DNA of 64,000 nt from the human T2T-CHM13v2.0 reference genome, Homo sapiens, in assembly GCF_009914755.1 (NCBI RefSeq), contig NC_060931.1; one strand, given 5' to 3'. Shown here piece by piece: positions 1-14,802 of this stretch. The stretch's first letter is position 1. The number at the start of each line of letters is the position of its first letter. The position numbers and the translations under genes are program-made. The notes under the pieces are model-generated. The model searched no databases. It saw nothing but the letters and a program-made list of their open reading frames with translations, and was not told the origin of the DNA.

Positions 1-357
1 TTATCCAGTGCAAGTCACCTCAAGGTACAGGAGAGTGCAATCCTACCTGCATCTGGAAATATTTAGTGAGTAGAGCTAATTACTCTCTCAACTGTTATTG
101 AGTTCAATATGTAAGGATGTAAATGCTATATTATTTAGACATCTCCCACTTTACTATCACCTTATCCAGGGCTAATTCCGCCTTATGGAAGGATTCTCCT
201 CTCTCATTCTATTTACCTCCTTTTTAAAGTTGCCTCTCTTAAAAAGGAACATTTATTAAGCAAAAGCAAACCCTTCCTTAGTCTACAATAGCTATGTTCT
301 TCTTCTACATCGATCTCAATTCACTTCTAATATGACCTCCAAAAGAATATTGGCTCT

Positions 358-1115
358 TTAGCCAAAACAACCCTGAAAAAAAAAAAAAAAGCAGGAGGAC
401 TCATACTTTCTGATTTCCAAACGTACTACAAAGCAATGCAGATCAAGACTGTGTAATGAAACAATGATAGACATAAAGGTAAATGCAATAGAGTTAAGAG
501 TCTAGAAATTAGCCTATACATCAGTGAATTCACCAATTTTTGACAAAGATGGCAAGTCTCTCCAGTAGGGGAAGAAGAGGCTTTTCAACAAATGGTTCTG
601 AGATAACTGGACAGCCACATGCAAAAGAATGAAGCTGGACCCTTCGTATTGTGAGGTATAACATTTCATGTGCTACTTTGACAAGTTTAAGCTTCATAGA
701 CAAGTTTAAGTTCCAAAGTTCTAACAACGGGACCCCTCGCTCTTATTACGTTCTCCCAACTAACAGCAAAGGCTTCCCACCTGGCTAGTTCCCCTATCAG
801 CTGTACCTGCTACACCCCAGCTAGCCCTCAACCTAGTAAGTTTTACTTTCCTGCCACTCCATGAAATTCAAACAAGCCAATCACATCCTCTCATGGGTAC
901 CAAGAATTACCTCATCTTTTTATTACTACAAAACCTAACCTCCATGCCCCTGCTTGTTCTTTCTTGTGCAACCCTGATGGTGATTAAAATGTTCTAAAGT
1001 TGGCTGTAGTGATAATTGCACATATCTGTGAATATGTGAAACACCGCTGAATTGCACATTTTAAGTAGGTGAAGTATACGCTATAAGAATCATTTCCCAA
1101 TAAAGCTATCTAAAA
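358..1115 (+). mobile_element. old L1M (L1MB/MC-like) ORF2 and 3' end fragments, interrupted by an LTR-like segment at about 650-975
   Basis: L1 ORF2-like 'tactacaaagc...ttttcaacaaatggt...aaaagaatgaagctggaccc' and L1M 3' end 'caataaagctat'. Confidence 0.7.
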
Positions 1116-2318
1116 TTATATATGGGCTACTATCAAGAACAGTATTGCAGTAGATTCAAGAAGATTAACACAAATGCACAGATGACTAATCCATAATAGA
1201 TTATCCAGAAAAGTTAGCAAATTTGGTTTTAGTCCTTGCTTGAAAAAAATTGCTTCCCTAGAAAATATTTATTGGTGGCAGTATTCAAAGAAGACAGAGC
1301 TGAATGATCTAGTGGCCTAAATAAATATGGCACAGTTTTTATATGATAAAAAGAAAAAAAGAGATAGTTTTCAGAATTTAAGCTCCGAATTAATGAGCCT
1401 GCTCATTTTATCAAAATTTTTCTTGGTTCTTCAAGAGACAAACTATCATCTCTCTTCTGACTTTAACCGTTATTCCACTTCTGATATTACTAGCCTCTTT
1501 ATAAAACGTAAGCAGAGCTCCCTGAAACAATGCCATCTTTAATCTTGGAGGTGGCACACTGGGACCTGGATCTACCAGGGCACCACCTGGTCACCTCTGG
1601 CAGAAAGCAGCCTTCTCTAGGGCTCCTCAGAGGGCAGCCCAATTGATGCCCACAAGAAGTGATGAGTAACATCTGCTGTCTCCTGTTCTGTCTTAAAATG
1701 ATAAGAGTAGACAAGGGTGTGTTTTATCATCTGGATGTCCACAAAATCAATGTCAGCATGCAGCCACTGCCCATTACACACAATGAGCCAGGAAGCTGTT
1801 GAAGAAGCTTCTGTTCCACACAGCCAAGTTATAACAGCCCACACTCCAGAAAGCTGGGGGTGAGGAAGTCAGACAGGCAGAGCTGGAGGCTGCATCCCGA
1901 AAATCTGTCATTATAAATAATTAATATTCATGGCTAATTTACCCTTTTGGTAGCCACCAAGCTAACTATAGGATGATTCCTCTAACAATGCACATGCATT
2001 TAAATGCTTGGTCTGAAAAAGCTTAATTATATGTGAAATCACCTGATGGAAAAAAAAAAATTCTAACATTACATTTGTCCATGGAAAGAAAGGAAAAGCT
2101 GCTTTTTAAAAAGTTTTTGAAACTGATTTCAACTCTTCTAAAATTGAATTGTCCTATAAAATTTGTTTTAATTTTTTTATTACATACTTATGTGAATAAC
2201 ATTTCTTATCAATAATGACTGTTGAGAATTTAAAGGTATTATCATTTAGAAGTCTTGATAAGGAATTGCATATGGTCATCCTAGGGAAGTAATAATGCTG
2301 GCATTAAAAATGGTATGC

Positions 2319-2631
<313 letters not shown>

Positions 2632-2662
2632 TTATGAAAAGAAACTCAGGTTTTTTTCATTA

Positions 2663-2964
<302 letters not shown>

Positions 2965-3008
2965 TTAAGATTTTATTTAGGATAGTATGCAAATTCAATA
3001 GTTAATAT

Positions 3009-3650
3009 TAATACAGGAGTTATTAAGAAATTATTTTTAGGCAGCTAGAGAAGGTTAAACTTCTCCGCGCAATTTTCCTTTAATAAAAAGCAACCCCAAA
3101 CCATTTCTTCTCTAATAGAAAGCGGCCTGAGAAGTCAGGCATAGATATGCAAACTGGAAGCTTTTATATGTAAATGCAGGCAGCTGTACCTGGAAGCCAG
3201 GTACATTCAATGTGGCATCTCCTGCCCTCTTTTTCTTATCACCACGTGTGCCAGCTGTCATGGCAGCCTCCAGATGACACCACGTGTACAGGCATCATGG
3301 CGACCAGCCACGTGGAGGCCAAGTTTACATAATAAAAGACTAGGGTGGGAGGGCCAGTCTTTTCGTGGGATGTGTAAATGGCACACCTGGTAAAACCAGT
3401 CCCCTGGGCCCCATGTAAATCAATCACCGCCTCCTCAAGCCTCTTTACAAAACCAACTGCATTCCGCTGCAAACGGAAGACCCTCAGGCTACCGACTTTC
3501 TCAATATGAGAAAGCTTTTTCTCTCTCTTTTCTTTTTCTATTAAACTTTCTGCTCCTGAACCCACTCCTCATGTGTGTCAGTGTCCTGAATTATTTCTCA
3601 ACCACGACCAAGAGCCAGGATATATACCCCCAGACAATGGAGCCCTTTCA
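3009..3650 (+). mobile_element. ERV1 solo LTR (MER50/LTR27-like)
   Basis: Starts T(A)ATACAGGAGTTATTAAGAAA, ends TTTCA, internal ATTAAA; 4-bp TSD ATAT at 3005-3008 and 3651-3654. Confidence 0.8.
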
Positions 3651-4074
3651 ATATCTTACATAATATTTGCTATATTATAGTATATATTCCTAAAAAATAA
3701 TTTAAAAAAATTTTCCCATCACATCCCATATAGATGCCTCCAGATGCCACAAAAACTATCATATCTATGTCCTTTTCCTGCCATGACATGAAAAAAGTTA
3801 GGAAAGCATTAGTTTAAATCTAATGGCCAACCATTTCAATTATGTCTGTTTCCTATCACTACCCCCACGCTCCCAAACAGTCTTGTCTTTGTCTATCACT
3901 CCAATTCCCAATCCTGTTTACCCTGGCATTTTTACAAATTCCCATTCCCAGGATGCCCTGCCTTGCTTGGGACTGTAATACAACTACAATAAATTGATAC
4001 ACAGTCCTTCCATTTCTTATTACCTAAAATTAGTTGGGGATGCATCCTGCCTTTGTAAGACAAGTAAAATCATC

Positions 4075-4495
4075 TATTATGGACTGAATTGTGTCCCTGC
4101 AAAATTCATATGTTGAACCCCTGAACTCCAATATGACTATGTTTCTCAATTCCTCAATATATTGCCTTTAGGGAGGTAATTATGGTTAAGTGAGGTCATA
4201 AGGGTGGAGCCCTAATCTGTTAGGATTGGTGTCTTTATAAGAAGAGGAAGAGACACCAGAGATATCTCTATCTCCCTTTCTCTTTCTCTCTCTCTCCACA
4301 TGCACAAAATGAATGTCCTGTGAGGACACAAGGAGAAGGCGGCAGTCTGCAAGCCAGGAAAGAGGTCTCCCCAAAGGAAGCAAGTTTGCTGACACCTTGA
4401 TATTGGACTTCTAGCCTCTATAACTGTGAGGGGGGAAAAATCATGCTGTTTAAGCCTGTGGTTTTCTGTTACAGCTGCCCTAGGTGACAAATACA
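4075..4495 (+). mobile_element. MaLR solo LTR (MLT1B-like)
   Basis: 'tattatggactgaattgtgtcc...aaattcatatgttgaa' through 'aaataca'; 5-bp TSD tcatc/ccatc. Confidence 0.85.
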
Positions 4496-4609
4496 CCATC
4501 CTGAAGGAACTCCACACTTAGTCACCTGCTACATATTTTGCTGCATCTGATTACATCTTATAATCTTTACATGCATCTTAGAAAAAGAAGCTCCTTAAAT
4601 ATATATATA

Positions 4610-4740
4610 TATATGTATGTAAAATGGGATCTTGCTAAGTCACCAGGGCTGTGCTGGCCTTCAACTGCTGGCCTTAAGTCATCCTCTCACCTTGGCCTCC
4701 CAAAGTGCTGGGATTACAGGTATGAGCTACCACCGGCCCA
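4610..4740 (-). mobile_element. FLAM/Alu left-arm fragment with (TA)n tail
   Basis: 'cctcccaaagtgctgggattacagg'. Confidence 0.8.
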
Positions 4741-5937
4741 ACAACAGCCTCTTATCTCCAAAATAAATCCGTTTGTCTGTAGCCTTCCTACCACCTCTTC
4801 CCATTTAAAGTCCTCTCTGTTTCTCTTTCCCACTCTTTCCTTTCTTTCTGGTATCAAGTTACTTTAGGACACTGAATTATTAGTGAAAAGGTTGTACAGT
4901 AGGCAAGAAATCAAAGTGAAGAGAGATGGAGAGTCTTGAGAAAATTTTTGTTCACACAATACAAAATCTGAAGAATTCTCCTATTTCATTACCACACAAC
5001 AAAGTCAGTTGTGTGGTTATGAAAGCAGTCTTTCCCTCCAGGTTCTTTGTCAAGCTCCTTTTGAGCCCACTGCACCAACAGTACTAGATTCCTGGACTTT
5101 GGTCTTGTCTAGGATCTATGTTTATTGTCACCTTCTGTTAATTAATTTTCATCTAGAGATAAGTAATATAATTATAACTGGTAAAAATTTTCCATTTACT
5201 CTAGTATATGAAGTTGCAATTTAATTATGTTACAGCTGTTTACTATCTAATATGATTTATTTATGCCTGGAGACCCTTATCTATACTCATTGTCTCTATT
5301 TCCTGATTTTCCACTCATTCCTCAACTCACTCCACAGACATAGCTCTTGTTATAATCTGCACGTTGCAAGGTTTGGTGGTTATTTTCTGTCCTTTGCTTG
5401 TTGAACTTTTCAGCAGCAATAGCACAATTACCCACCGCCACTTTACCTTCTTTTTTTCTTTGTTTTTTCTCCTTTTATTTCGTTCCATCCAAAATGTCAA
5501 CCACTTTATCTCCTTAAAGCGGTTTCCCACTTGGTATCCATTACACAACACTATGTCTCTAGCAGCACCTTCTTGGTCTCCTTTTCTGTTCTTCCTTCTC
5601 AACAAAAATCTCTAAATGTTGGAGCATTTCCAGATCTGTGCAGGACCTTCTTCTATTATGTATCTACACTCCCCCTAGGCGACCTTAACCAACCTCCTTC
5701 TCTTAAATGCCATCAATATGTGGATGTCTCACAAATGTTTATCTCCATCCCAGCAGCCCCTCCATGGCACCATACCCACATACCAAGTGCTTACTTGGAC
5801 ATCTAACAAGTATATCCAACTACCTCTGAGCAGAATTCTTCATTTTCCCGCTAATCTTGTTCCTTCCAAGTTTTCAATAGGTCAGTAACATGGTACATCC
5901 ATTCATTCAGTTGCTCAAGCCAGAAACTAAAGAGTGA

Positions 5938-6676
5938 TGGAAAACACCTTTGCAAAATTATAACAGTAAGATAAATCAGACAGTTGACTCCATCTTGTTT
6001 CTGACTTCCAAGCTATGCTTGGTCATTCCTGGGTGTAGACCAAGCTAACTTTGGGAAAAATTTAGTTTGGGGTTTACCTTGAAATCAAGGTTAATAACAG
6101 TTCCTCCCTAAAACTAACTTCCTCCTTGCTCAAGGACCAAAAACTGCCTTCATAGGACTAATGAAAGGCCACAAGTATAAAATTATGAGAGGTGTCTGAA
6201 TTATGCTAAGAAGTAGTCATATTTTCTATAACCCCTTACTGCTCAGGAGTTATGTGGCCAGAAGTCACAAGATTTGTGACTTCCCCAATTGTTCCCATAG
6301 ATAACATCACTATTGTAGAACCTAAGATTGGTTTTTCAAGCTTTCAGACTGACCCCCACCTGGATTCATGACTCATGACTCAACTGATTCTGTGGCCCAA
6401 CCCAGAGGTAGACTTAGCATATGAAGACAGTTTTCCACACCCCTATGATTTCATTCCCAACCAATCAGCAGCACCCATTCCCTAGCCCCCTTCCCACCAA
6501 ATTGTCCAAAAATAACCCTAACTTCTGAGCCTTCAGGGAGACTTATTCGAGTGAAAACTCTAGTTCACATGGCTGCGGCCAGCCGCATGCCAATTAAACT
6601 CTTCTCTACTACAATGCCATGGTCTCAGTGAATTGATTTTGTGAAGCAGGCAGAAAGAACCAATCAGGCAATTACA
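5938..6676 (+). mobile_element. LTR8-family solo LTR (ERV1)
   Basis: 'cctttgcaaaattataacagt...actccatcttg' start, ATTAAA, ends 'caattaca'; TSD tgat/tcat. Confidence 0.8.
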
Positions 6677-7082
6677 TCATCATTGATCTTTCTCTTTCTT
6701 TCTCCCTTCCATTCATCATCAAGTCCTATTGCTGCTAGTTTCATATTATATCTAAAATCCACCCTCTTCTCTCCACCTCCACTGACATCACCCTAGTCCA
6801 AGTGTCATTGTGTAGTCAAGAGTGTTAAAAGTGCTCCTAGCTAGTTTCCTTGCTTTCACTCTTGACCTCTCCCATCCATTCTCCAAACAGCAATCAGGTT
6901 GTTCTCTGAAAAATAGAGGAGCAGATAATATCACTTCCTGAATACAAAGGTTTTTATTGGCAGCATAAAATTCAAACTCGTTATCCTGGTTTGGCTCCTA
7001 CTTCCTTTCCCACTTCTTTTTGTTGCAGTTTTCCTTGTGGCTGCTGCATTCTAATCACATGGGCTTCCTTTGGTTCCTCTTC

Positions 7083-7232
7083 TTTTTTTTTTTTTTTTTT
7101 TTCGTATTTTCAGTAGAGACAAGGTTTCACCATGTTGGCCAGGCTGATCTCAAACTCCTGGTCTCAAGTGATTCACCTGCCTCAACCTCCCAAAGTGCTA
7201 GGATTACAGGTGTGAGCCACCGCACCCAGCCC
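7083..7232 (-). mobile_element. AluS left monomer only, with poly(A) and 14-bp TSD
   Basis: TSD tttggttcctcttc at 7069-7082 and 7234-7247. Confidence 0.85.
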
Positions 7233-9578
7233 ATTTGGTTCCTCTTCCAAGCTGCAACGTCTTTGCATTTGCTGACACTTGTGGCTATAAAGCTATTCCA
7301 CCAGCTTTTCCCTTTGGCAGCTAATTTCTGCCCTTTAGGTTTCAGCTTATATGACTCCCTTTACAAAAAATGACCCTTATGACCAAATTCATAAGTCTTC
7401 CTACCTCTTCTTTGCCCTCTGTGTTGTACTCCATCTTATCATCTTGCACATCTCCTTCATAGTACTTGTCACAACCTATAACTGTTTATCTGACTCCCCG
7501 AATAACAGGGACATCATGTCTTATCATTGTACATCCCTAGTCTCTATCACAGTGCTTGCCATTCAATAAATATTCATTGACTAAATGAATAGATGAATAA
7601 ATAAATGAATGCCATTCTGAGCCCAAACCCTTCCAAGTCTGTAACTGACAGACTTGGAAATTCTTAAAGCTCATTCTCACATTCACTAAGTTCAGAGACA
7701 GTAATTTCTACTTGTGGCTAATTTGCATTCATTGCCTATATGTTCTTCAAAATTTCATTCTCAGGAAGTAACTTTATCTTATGCATTACCTCTACTACCA
7801 CATGCACATCTAGATACATATATATACTCACTAAAACCAAGAAGGCATTTGTTGTTAAATGTATAGTTCAAAGGCAGATCCTGTTATCCTTTGGATCTGA
7901 TTTATTTTCTGGATCTCTTTCCAAACATCTACTTTTATAATTTTTATATTGATTTTGTTTGTTCAACTTTTTCTATATTTTAGTACCTTAAGCCCCCACA
8001 ATATCTTTTATAAATGAAAAGTCTGACCAGCTGCTTATAAAACCAGTTTGTCTTCTTAGGCATAGAGCTAGTGTGTCAGTCTTTTGTGGTGTTCATTAAA
8101 TATTTATGACTCTCTGACTTACAGACATAGGGTCAGTTGCTCTTTCTCGGCACTTTGATTTTAGGCATAGCCATATAACTTGCACTGGCCAATGAAAGAA
8201 AGAGGAAGTAGCAGTTGCCATTATTGGGCAGATGCCTTAAGAGTCAAATTTCCTTCCCACTGCTGCAGTGACGGTGTGGGGGCAGGACAGAGAGAGTTCC
8301 TGGGACACAGGACTTTTTGTTTTAAAACCAAAACAGTTCCAGAAAAAACTGCCCTGGTTTGATTGGAACTAATGGGGGTTTCCAGGATACAGGGTTTTCA
8401 AGAGTAAACCTGGGAAAGATCCAAGCAAACTGGAATTATTTATTTACTCTGTGATTCTGGAAAAGGTATTTAGATGAAATTTACAATAGCCTTGATTCCA
8501 GAGTGAATATGAAGAGAAACTCTCACTCAACCCACACTAAGCATGTAGCATCAAAGAAAAATAAATTTTGGTTGAGTGAACCACTGAGATCTGGTAGTTT
8601 TTGATTCTATATCATAATCTGACCTCCCTTAAGAAATGCATAAATAGGTACTAACTGGACAGGTGCTGCCATAACAACAAAACCTAATACATGTGGCATT
8701 AGGTCCAGGCAGCAGGTGATGAGGAAGTCTTTTCAGAGGTTGAAAACATGGTTTTTCAATACTATCCCATGGCAAAACTTTGATAATGTTGCCAACTGAA
8801 ATAACTGAAAGATGATATACCTACTGAACTTGTGGCCTTAAGGGAAAAGGTAGAACAGAGAAGTTTAGCAGTGTGTTGGTTGCAGCTGACTATATTCAAT
8901 GAGGTATTACAAAAAATGAAAAGCTCATGGAAATAATCGGCTGGTAATAAGTAGGAATATACAATTTAGAGAGAACGCACAAATTCAGTAATTTGTAGGG
9001 TCAGAAGAAGTAACTCTCTTCAAATACAAGTTGTGAAAGGTAAAACAGAAAAGATCTTTGAGTAAGAAAGAATGATTGAAACTCAGCCTTTGGAAGAGAG
9101 ATCGAACCTAAGAGTTGTAAATAATTTTCCCTGACTCAAGGAAAATAAATTAAAGGTGTGCTTTTGCCCCTGAAGTCTGATAAATCCAAGGTACTCCAAT
9201 TAAGTTAAGACACAAAGAGAGAATGATGAGAGTGATAGAGTAATAGAGAGATGGAGAAAAAGCACATATGGATGAGAAAGAAAAGATATATAATACATCT
9301 AAGTATGCTTCAAAAGAACTGTGAGTATGTCATTGACACATGGAAATAACTGGAATCTGATTAAAATTCTATTAAGCTTACAAGAGCATTTTTCTGTCAA
9401 ATAAATTATGAAACAAGACTAGAAATATCTGTGATTATTTGAAACTTAGACTGACCCTTGACCTCCACCTTCTTTGAACAGCAAGCAGGTTAAAAAAAAA
9501 ACTATTCAGACTCCAAGAAGGGCATGTTCTCCAATGTCAATTTTAGATGAAATCAGGAAGAATAATAGTAAGGAAGAA

Positions 9579-9857
9579 TTTTTTTTTTTTGAGACAGAGT
9601 CTCACTGTGTCACCCAGGCTGGAGTGCTGTGGCATGAACACAGCTCACTGCAGCCTTGACCACCTAGGCTCAAGATATCCTCCTGCCTTAGCTTCCCAAG
9701 TATCTGGGACTACAGGCATGTGCCACCATGTCTGGCTAATATTTAAATTTTTTTTGTAGAGACAGGGTCTCACTTCATTGTCCAGGCTGGTCTCGAAATC
9801 CTGGGCTCCAGCAATCCTCTCACCTTGGCCTCCAAAACTTCTGGGATTTGCCTGGCC
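9579..9857 (-). mobile_element. AluJ
   Basis: AluJ-type 'cagccttgac...gctcaagatatcctcctgcc'. Confidence 0.9.
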
Positions 9858-9882
9858 AGAAAAATCTTTAAAGAGGAAGACC

Positions 9883-10534
9883 TCTAATGGTCAATGACGT
9901 TGAACTTTTTTTCCTGTGACTGTTGGCCACACTTATGTCTTCTTTTGAAAAGTGTCTGTTCGTGTCCTTTGCCCACTTTTTTATGGGATTTTTCTCCTTG
10001 TAAATTTGTTTAAGTTCCTTATAGACACTTGATATTAGACCTTTGTTGCTGACGAGGTTGTGGAGAAAAAGGAACAGTTATACACTGTTGGTAGGAGTGT
10101 AAATTACTTCAGCCATTGTGGAAGACAGTCTGGCAATTCCTCCAAGACCTAAAGACAGAAATACCATTCGACCCATCAATCCACTGGGTATATACCTAAA
10201 GGAGTATAAATCATTCTATTATACAGACACATGTATGGGCTAGGTGCGGTGACTCACACCTGTAATCCCAGCATTTTGGGAGGCCAAGGCAGGTGAATCA
10301 CATGAGGCCAGCAGATCATTTGAGGCCGTGAGTTCAAGATCAGCCTGGCCAACGTGGTGAAAACACATCTACTAAAAATACAAAAATTAGTCTGGCATGG
10401 TGGCACACACCTGTAATCTCAGTTACTTAGGAGGTTGAGGCACAAGAATCTCTTGAACCCAGGAGACGGAGATTGCAGTGAGCCGAGATTGTGCCACTGC
10501 ACTCCAGCCTGGGTGACAGAGCAAGACCCTGCCT

Positions 10535-10567
<33 letters not shown>

Positions 10568-11040
10568 CGTGTATGTGTATGTTCATTGCAGCATAATTCA
10601 CAATAGCAAAGACATGGAATCAACCTAAATGCACATAAATGATAGACTGGATAAAGAAAATGTGGTACATATACACCATAGAATACTATGCAGCCATAAA
10701 AGAGAACGAGATCATATCCTTTGCAGGGACATGGATGGAGCTGGAAGCCAATATCCTTAGCAAACTAACACAGGAACAGAAAACCAAATGCTGCATGTCC
10801 TCATTTATAAGTGGAAGTTAAATGATGAGAACACATGAACACATAGAGGGAAACAACAGACACTGGGAAGTGGAGGGTAGGAAGAGGGAGAGGATCAGGA
10901 AAAATAACTAATGGGTACTAGGCAATACCTGAGTGATGAAATAATCTGTACAAAAAACCCCCATAACACAAGTGTACCTATGTAACAAACCTGTACTTGT
11001 ACCCCCGAATTTAAAATAAAAACTAAGGAAAAAAAAAAAA
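9883..11040 (+). mobile_element. 5'-inverted, truncated old L1PA (L1PA13-16-like) 3' end
   Basis: 9883-10047 is antisense L1 ORF2; 10048-11040 is sense ORF2 end, 3'UTR and poly(A). Confidence 0.85.
10238..10565 (+). mobile_element. AluS inserted in the L1
   Basis: Dimeric Alu with long poly(A) and a short internal duplication of 'atcac/tttgaggcc'. Confidence 0.95.
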
Positions 11041-11429
11041 GAGACCTGAGAGCCACAGAGAACAAAGAACTGGGTGGCACCTCCTGGAAAGCAGATTGAC
11101 CTAATCAAGGAACATTAAGCTATGCCTAAGGTAGGGAATCTGCTTATCACATGGAGAGATTTCATGGACCAGGGACTACTGTGTGGTCCCATTTTTCCTC
11201 TTTCTAAATGGGAATGTTTATTATGGTTATCCTGTCCCTCTCATACCCCTGTATATTGAGTTTATGGGATGTAAACAGCTTTTACTATAGTTCTTAAGTC
11301 TCTGGATCAAGAGGAACTTTATCTAGACCAAACTTAGAAATTACTGCACATCACTCCCTATAGATAAAATTCTGTTACTGAAGCCAGTGAAGTTTTGTTG
11401 TTGCTTTTTACTGTAGCATAACCTAGCCA

Positions 11430-12095
<666 letters not shown>

Positions 12096-12096
12096 G

Positions 12097-12463
12097 TATT
12101 ATGGACTGAATGAATTCCCCCAAAATTCATATGTTGAAGCCCTACCCCCCAAAGTTGTGGCAATTAAGATGGAGCATTTGGGGGGTAATTAGGGTAAGAT
12201 GGAGTCATGAGGGTGTGTCCCTCATGCTGGGATGAGTGCCCTTGTAAAAAGGAACACCAGAGAGTTCTCTCTCTATCTCTATCTCTCTCTGTCATGTGAT
12301 AACACATAGAGAAGGTGGCCATCTGCAAGCCAGGAAAAGAGCCCTCACCAGAAACTGAACTTAATCTTGGATTCCAGCCTCCAGAACTGTGAGAAAATAA
12401 ATTTCTGTTGTTTAAGTCACCCAGTCTATGTATTTTGTTATGCCAACCCAAGCTAACTAACAC
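12097..12463 (+). mobile_element. MLT1A-like solo LTR
   Basis: 'tattatggactgaatg...aaattcatatgttgaagcc' through 'actaacaca'. Confidence 0.85.
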
Positions 12464-13039
12464 AGGAAGATTTATTTCTTTTAACAATTAATGTTTCCCT
12501 AATAAATACATGTAATATAAGTTATTTTTTAAATGGCCTTTCAGTTGGACTTCCTAACTCCTGTGTCTCTTCTGTGCAATTCACCATGTACAACTATGCC
12601 AGATGAATCTCCCAAAAGCAAATCTCTGATTGTGTCCATTATAAATATTCCTCTTCAGCTCCCACATAAAATCCCAAAATCCAATCTTATCTTTCATTCC
12701 TTTCTTGATCTGTCCTCAACACATACTTTCAGTCTTATCTCTTGCCATCAGATTACATATCCTATGTTACAAACTGTGTACCTTATAAACCTTGTATCCC
12801 TATTTACCATTATATACCTTTTGTTTTCCCACTTCCCACAACATATGCAGAAAGCAGATGTGAGCCATAAACCAATCACCAAGGTAATGAAGTAACTGCG
12901 TTTGAGTTCCCTTTCCTCTCCACTCCCTCCGTGCCCATTCACATATATACCTCCCCAGCCACTTTTCCACAAGCAACGTAAATCACCAGAAGATAATGAA
13001 ATCTTTGGTAGCGAGGAAAGATTACATTTCCTCCTCTAT

Positions 13040-13590
13040 GAGGACTGGCATTTTAGCACAGTGGTTAAGTGTTTGTGCTCTGGAGTTACCCTGCCTGATG
13101 GTTTCAAATCCTAGTTCAGTAATTTCTGGTCTCTGTAACCATAGGTAATTTACTTAACTCTAACTTTCTCAACTGTTAAAGATGAATAAAAATAACCCAA
13201 AAGCAAAGAACAAAGCAAGCTACAGTTAAGGCACGCTAAGCCACTCCCATCTGGTTGCAGATTTGTAAAGCTAGATTATTTTGCCAATGACTTTGGGACT
13301 CAAAATAATTGACACTTTTTTGTGGTCTGCCCCAACAAGCATTGCTACAAGTAGAGAGGAGCTTGCCAGAGAAGAGGCATAATATAGTGGGAAAAGAATT
13401 AATTTGGGAAGCTATGTAGACTTGGATTCAAATACTTGCTCTTAAAGCTAATAGCATGACTTTGAAAAATTTATTCTGTTTGCCTTCCTGAACCTTATTT
13501 TTCTTATATGAAAATGGGGAAAAAATAGAAGTTCAATAGGACTGATGGGAGGATAAAAAGTGAGATAACCCCTGTAAATAGACTTGCACA
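13040..13590 (+). mobile_element. two MIR fragments
   Basis: 'cagtggttaag...tcaaatcctagttc...acttaactct' and 'ttggattcaaat...aaaatgggga'. Confidence 0.6.
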
Positions 13591-14802
13591 TTTAAACACA
13601 AGTCCTTTCTCTCCCCCTCCCTATTCATTACAGAAGCAAGAGCAAAATTAATCCTTCTAATTCCTTAAGCTTCCTTTTTTATCCCTAGCAATCTGATTAT
13701 TCAATGTTTCCCCATGTTCTTTGCTTTCTAAGCATTTCTTTCCTAATACAATCTTTCATTCGGTGTGTGCTTTTAAGAAGCAATATAAATTAGCTAAAAT
13801 GTGCTTCTGTTTTCTTTCTGGTGAACAAATTCTCACTGCATTCTAATAAATAAATTGCACTGTATTTCCTGCACTTGTTTATGATCTGTGATCATGTCTA
13901 CATATTGATATACCAGCAAATACCATACTCATTTCCTTTTCCTGGAAACATTTATTTGAACTCAAAATTATACTTATTTGAAACTTGAGCACAAAACTAG
14001 AATTACAATCATTTTTTTGTACCAATACAAGCTGATAATATGATCCATTTTGTTTACTTGTTTCTGAATCTGAAAATTAATAATAGGCATCTATTTCTTA
14101 TTTCTCCATGGCATAACTTATTCTCCCTATCCACTAGGTTCTTTGTTTTATTTGCCTGCAGTAATGAAACTAAAAGAAGAGGACATTTCATGCTCATAGT
14201 TATTTTGCTTCATTATGAAAAACAAGTCTATAAATTTAGTCATGACTGTTAGGCACTGTGGGATTCTAGTTAAAAAAAAAAAGAGGGTGTATATTGCCAC
14301 ATTATAATGATAAAGTATAAATGCCTATATATATCATTTTTTCTAGAGTAATTCAAATTAATAGCTTCCATCTAGAAACATCACATAAGGTGTCTACATG
14401 GTAAACAATTATCAGTAATTAGGGTTTCTTCAACAGCTATTTTATTGCTGTTATATATATGATCCCTTAGGTGCTTATAAAATAACAGTTTACTACATTT
14501 TATTTTCATTTTAATAACCTATAAGTACTTCAGTTTCCACTTCTAAACATTCATTCAAAATTCAGTTACCAACTACAAATTAAATTATACTATCACTGAG
14601 AAAATGTCTATATATCAAAGCCTCTGCAATTGCTTTATGTTCAATATACTCAATCACTGAATACTTGTAGGCCTATTACATACCAGGTACTGTCAGGCCC
14701 TGGTGATACAGTGATAAGCAAAATAGAAACAGACCTTGTCTACATGTATATATAGAAAACCTAAGTGCTGCACTCAAGATGTGTGTAATAGAGAAATAGG
14801 AA

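Larger units (their letters stand above)
5480..7610 (+). mobile_element. L2 3' region, split by an LTR8 and an Alu
   Basis: 'cagttgctcaagccagaaac' and L2 terminus 'caataaatattcattgactaaatgaat'. Confidence 0.75.
8150..11425 (+). mobile_element. old MaLR element (MLT1 LTR plus internal, MLT1J-like) with nested hAT, Alu and L1 inserts
   Basis: LTR end 'ccactgagat...cataatctgacct' followed by MLT-int start 'gctgccataacaacaaaacctaatacatgtggcatt'. Confidence 0.6.

Noticed and set aside
13600-14600. AT-rich non-repeat block as a possible enhancer or exon
   Set aside because: No convincing splice pair, ORF or motif cluster visible; needs conservation data
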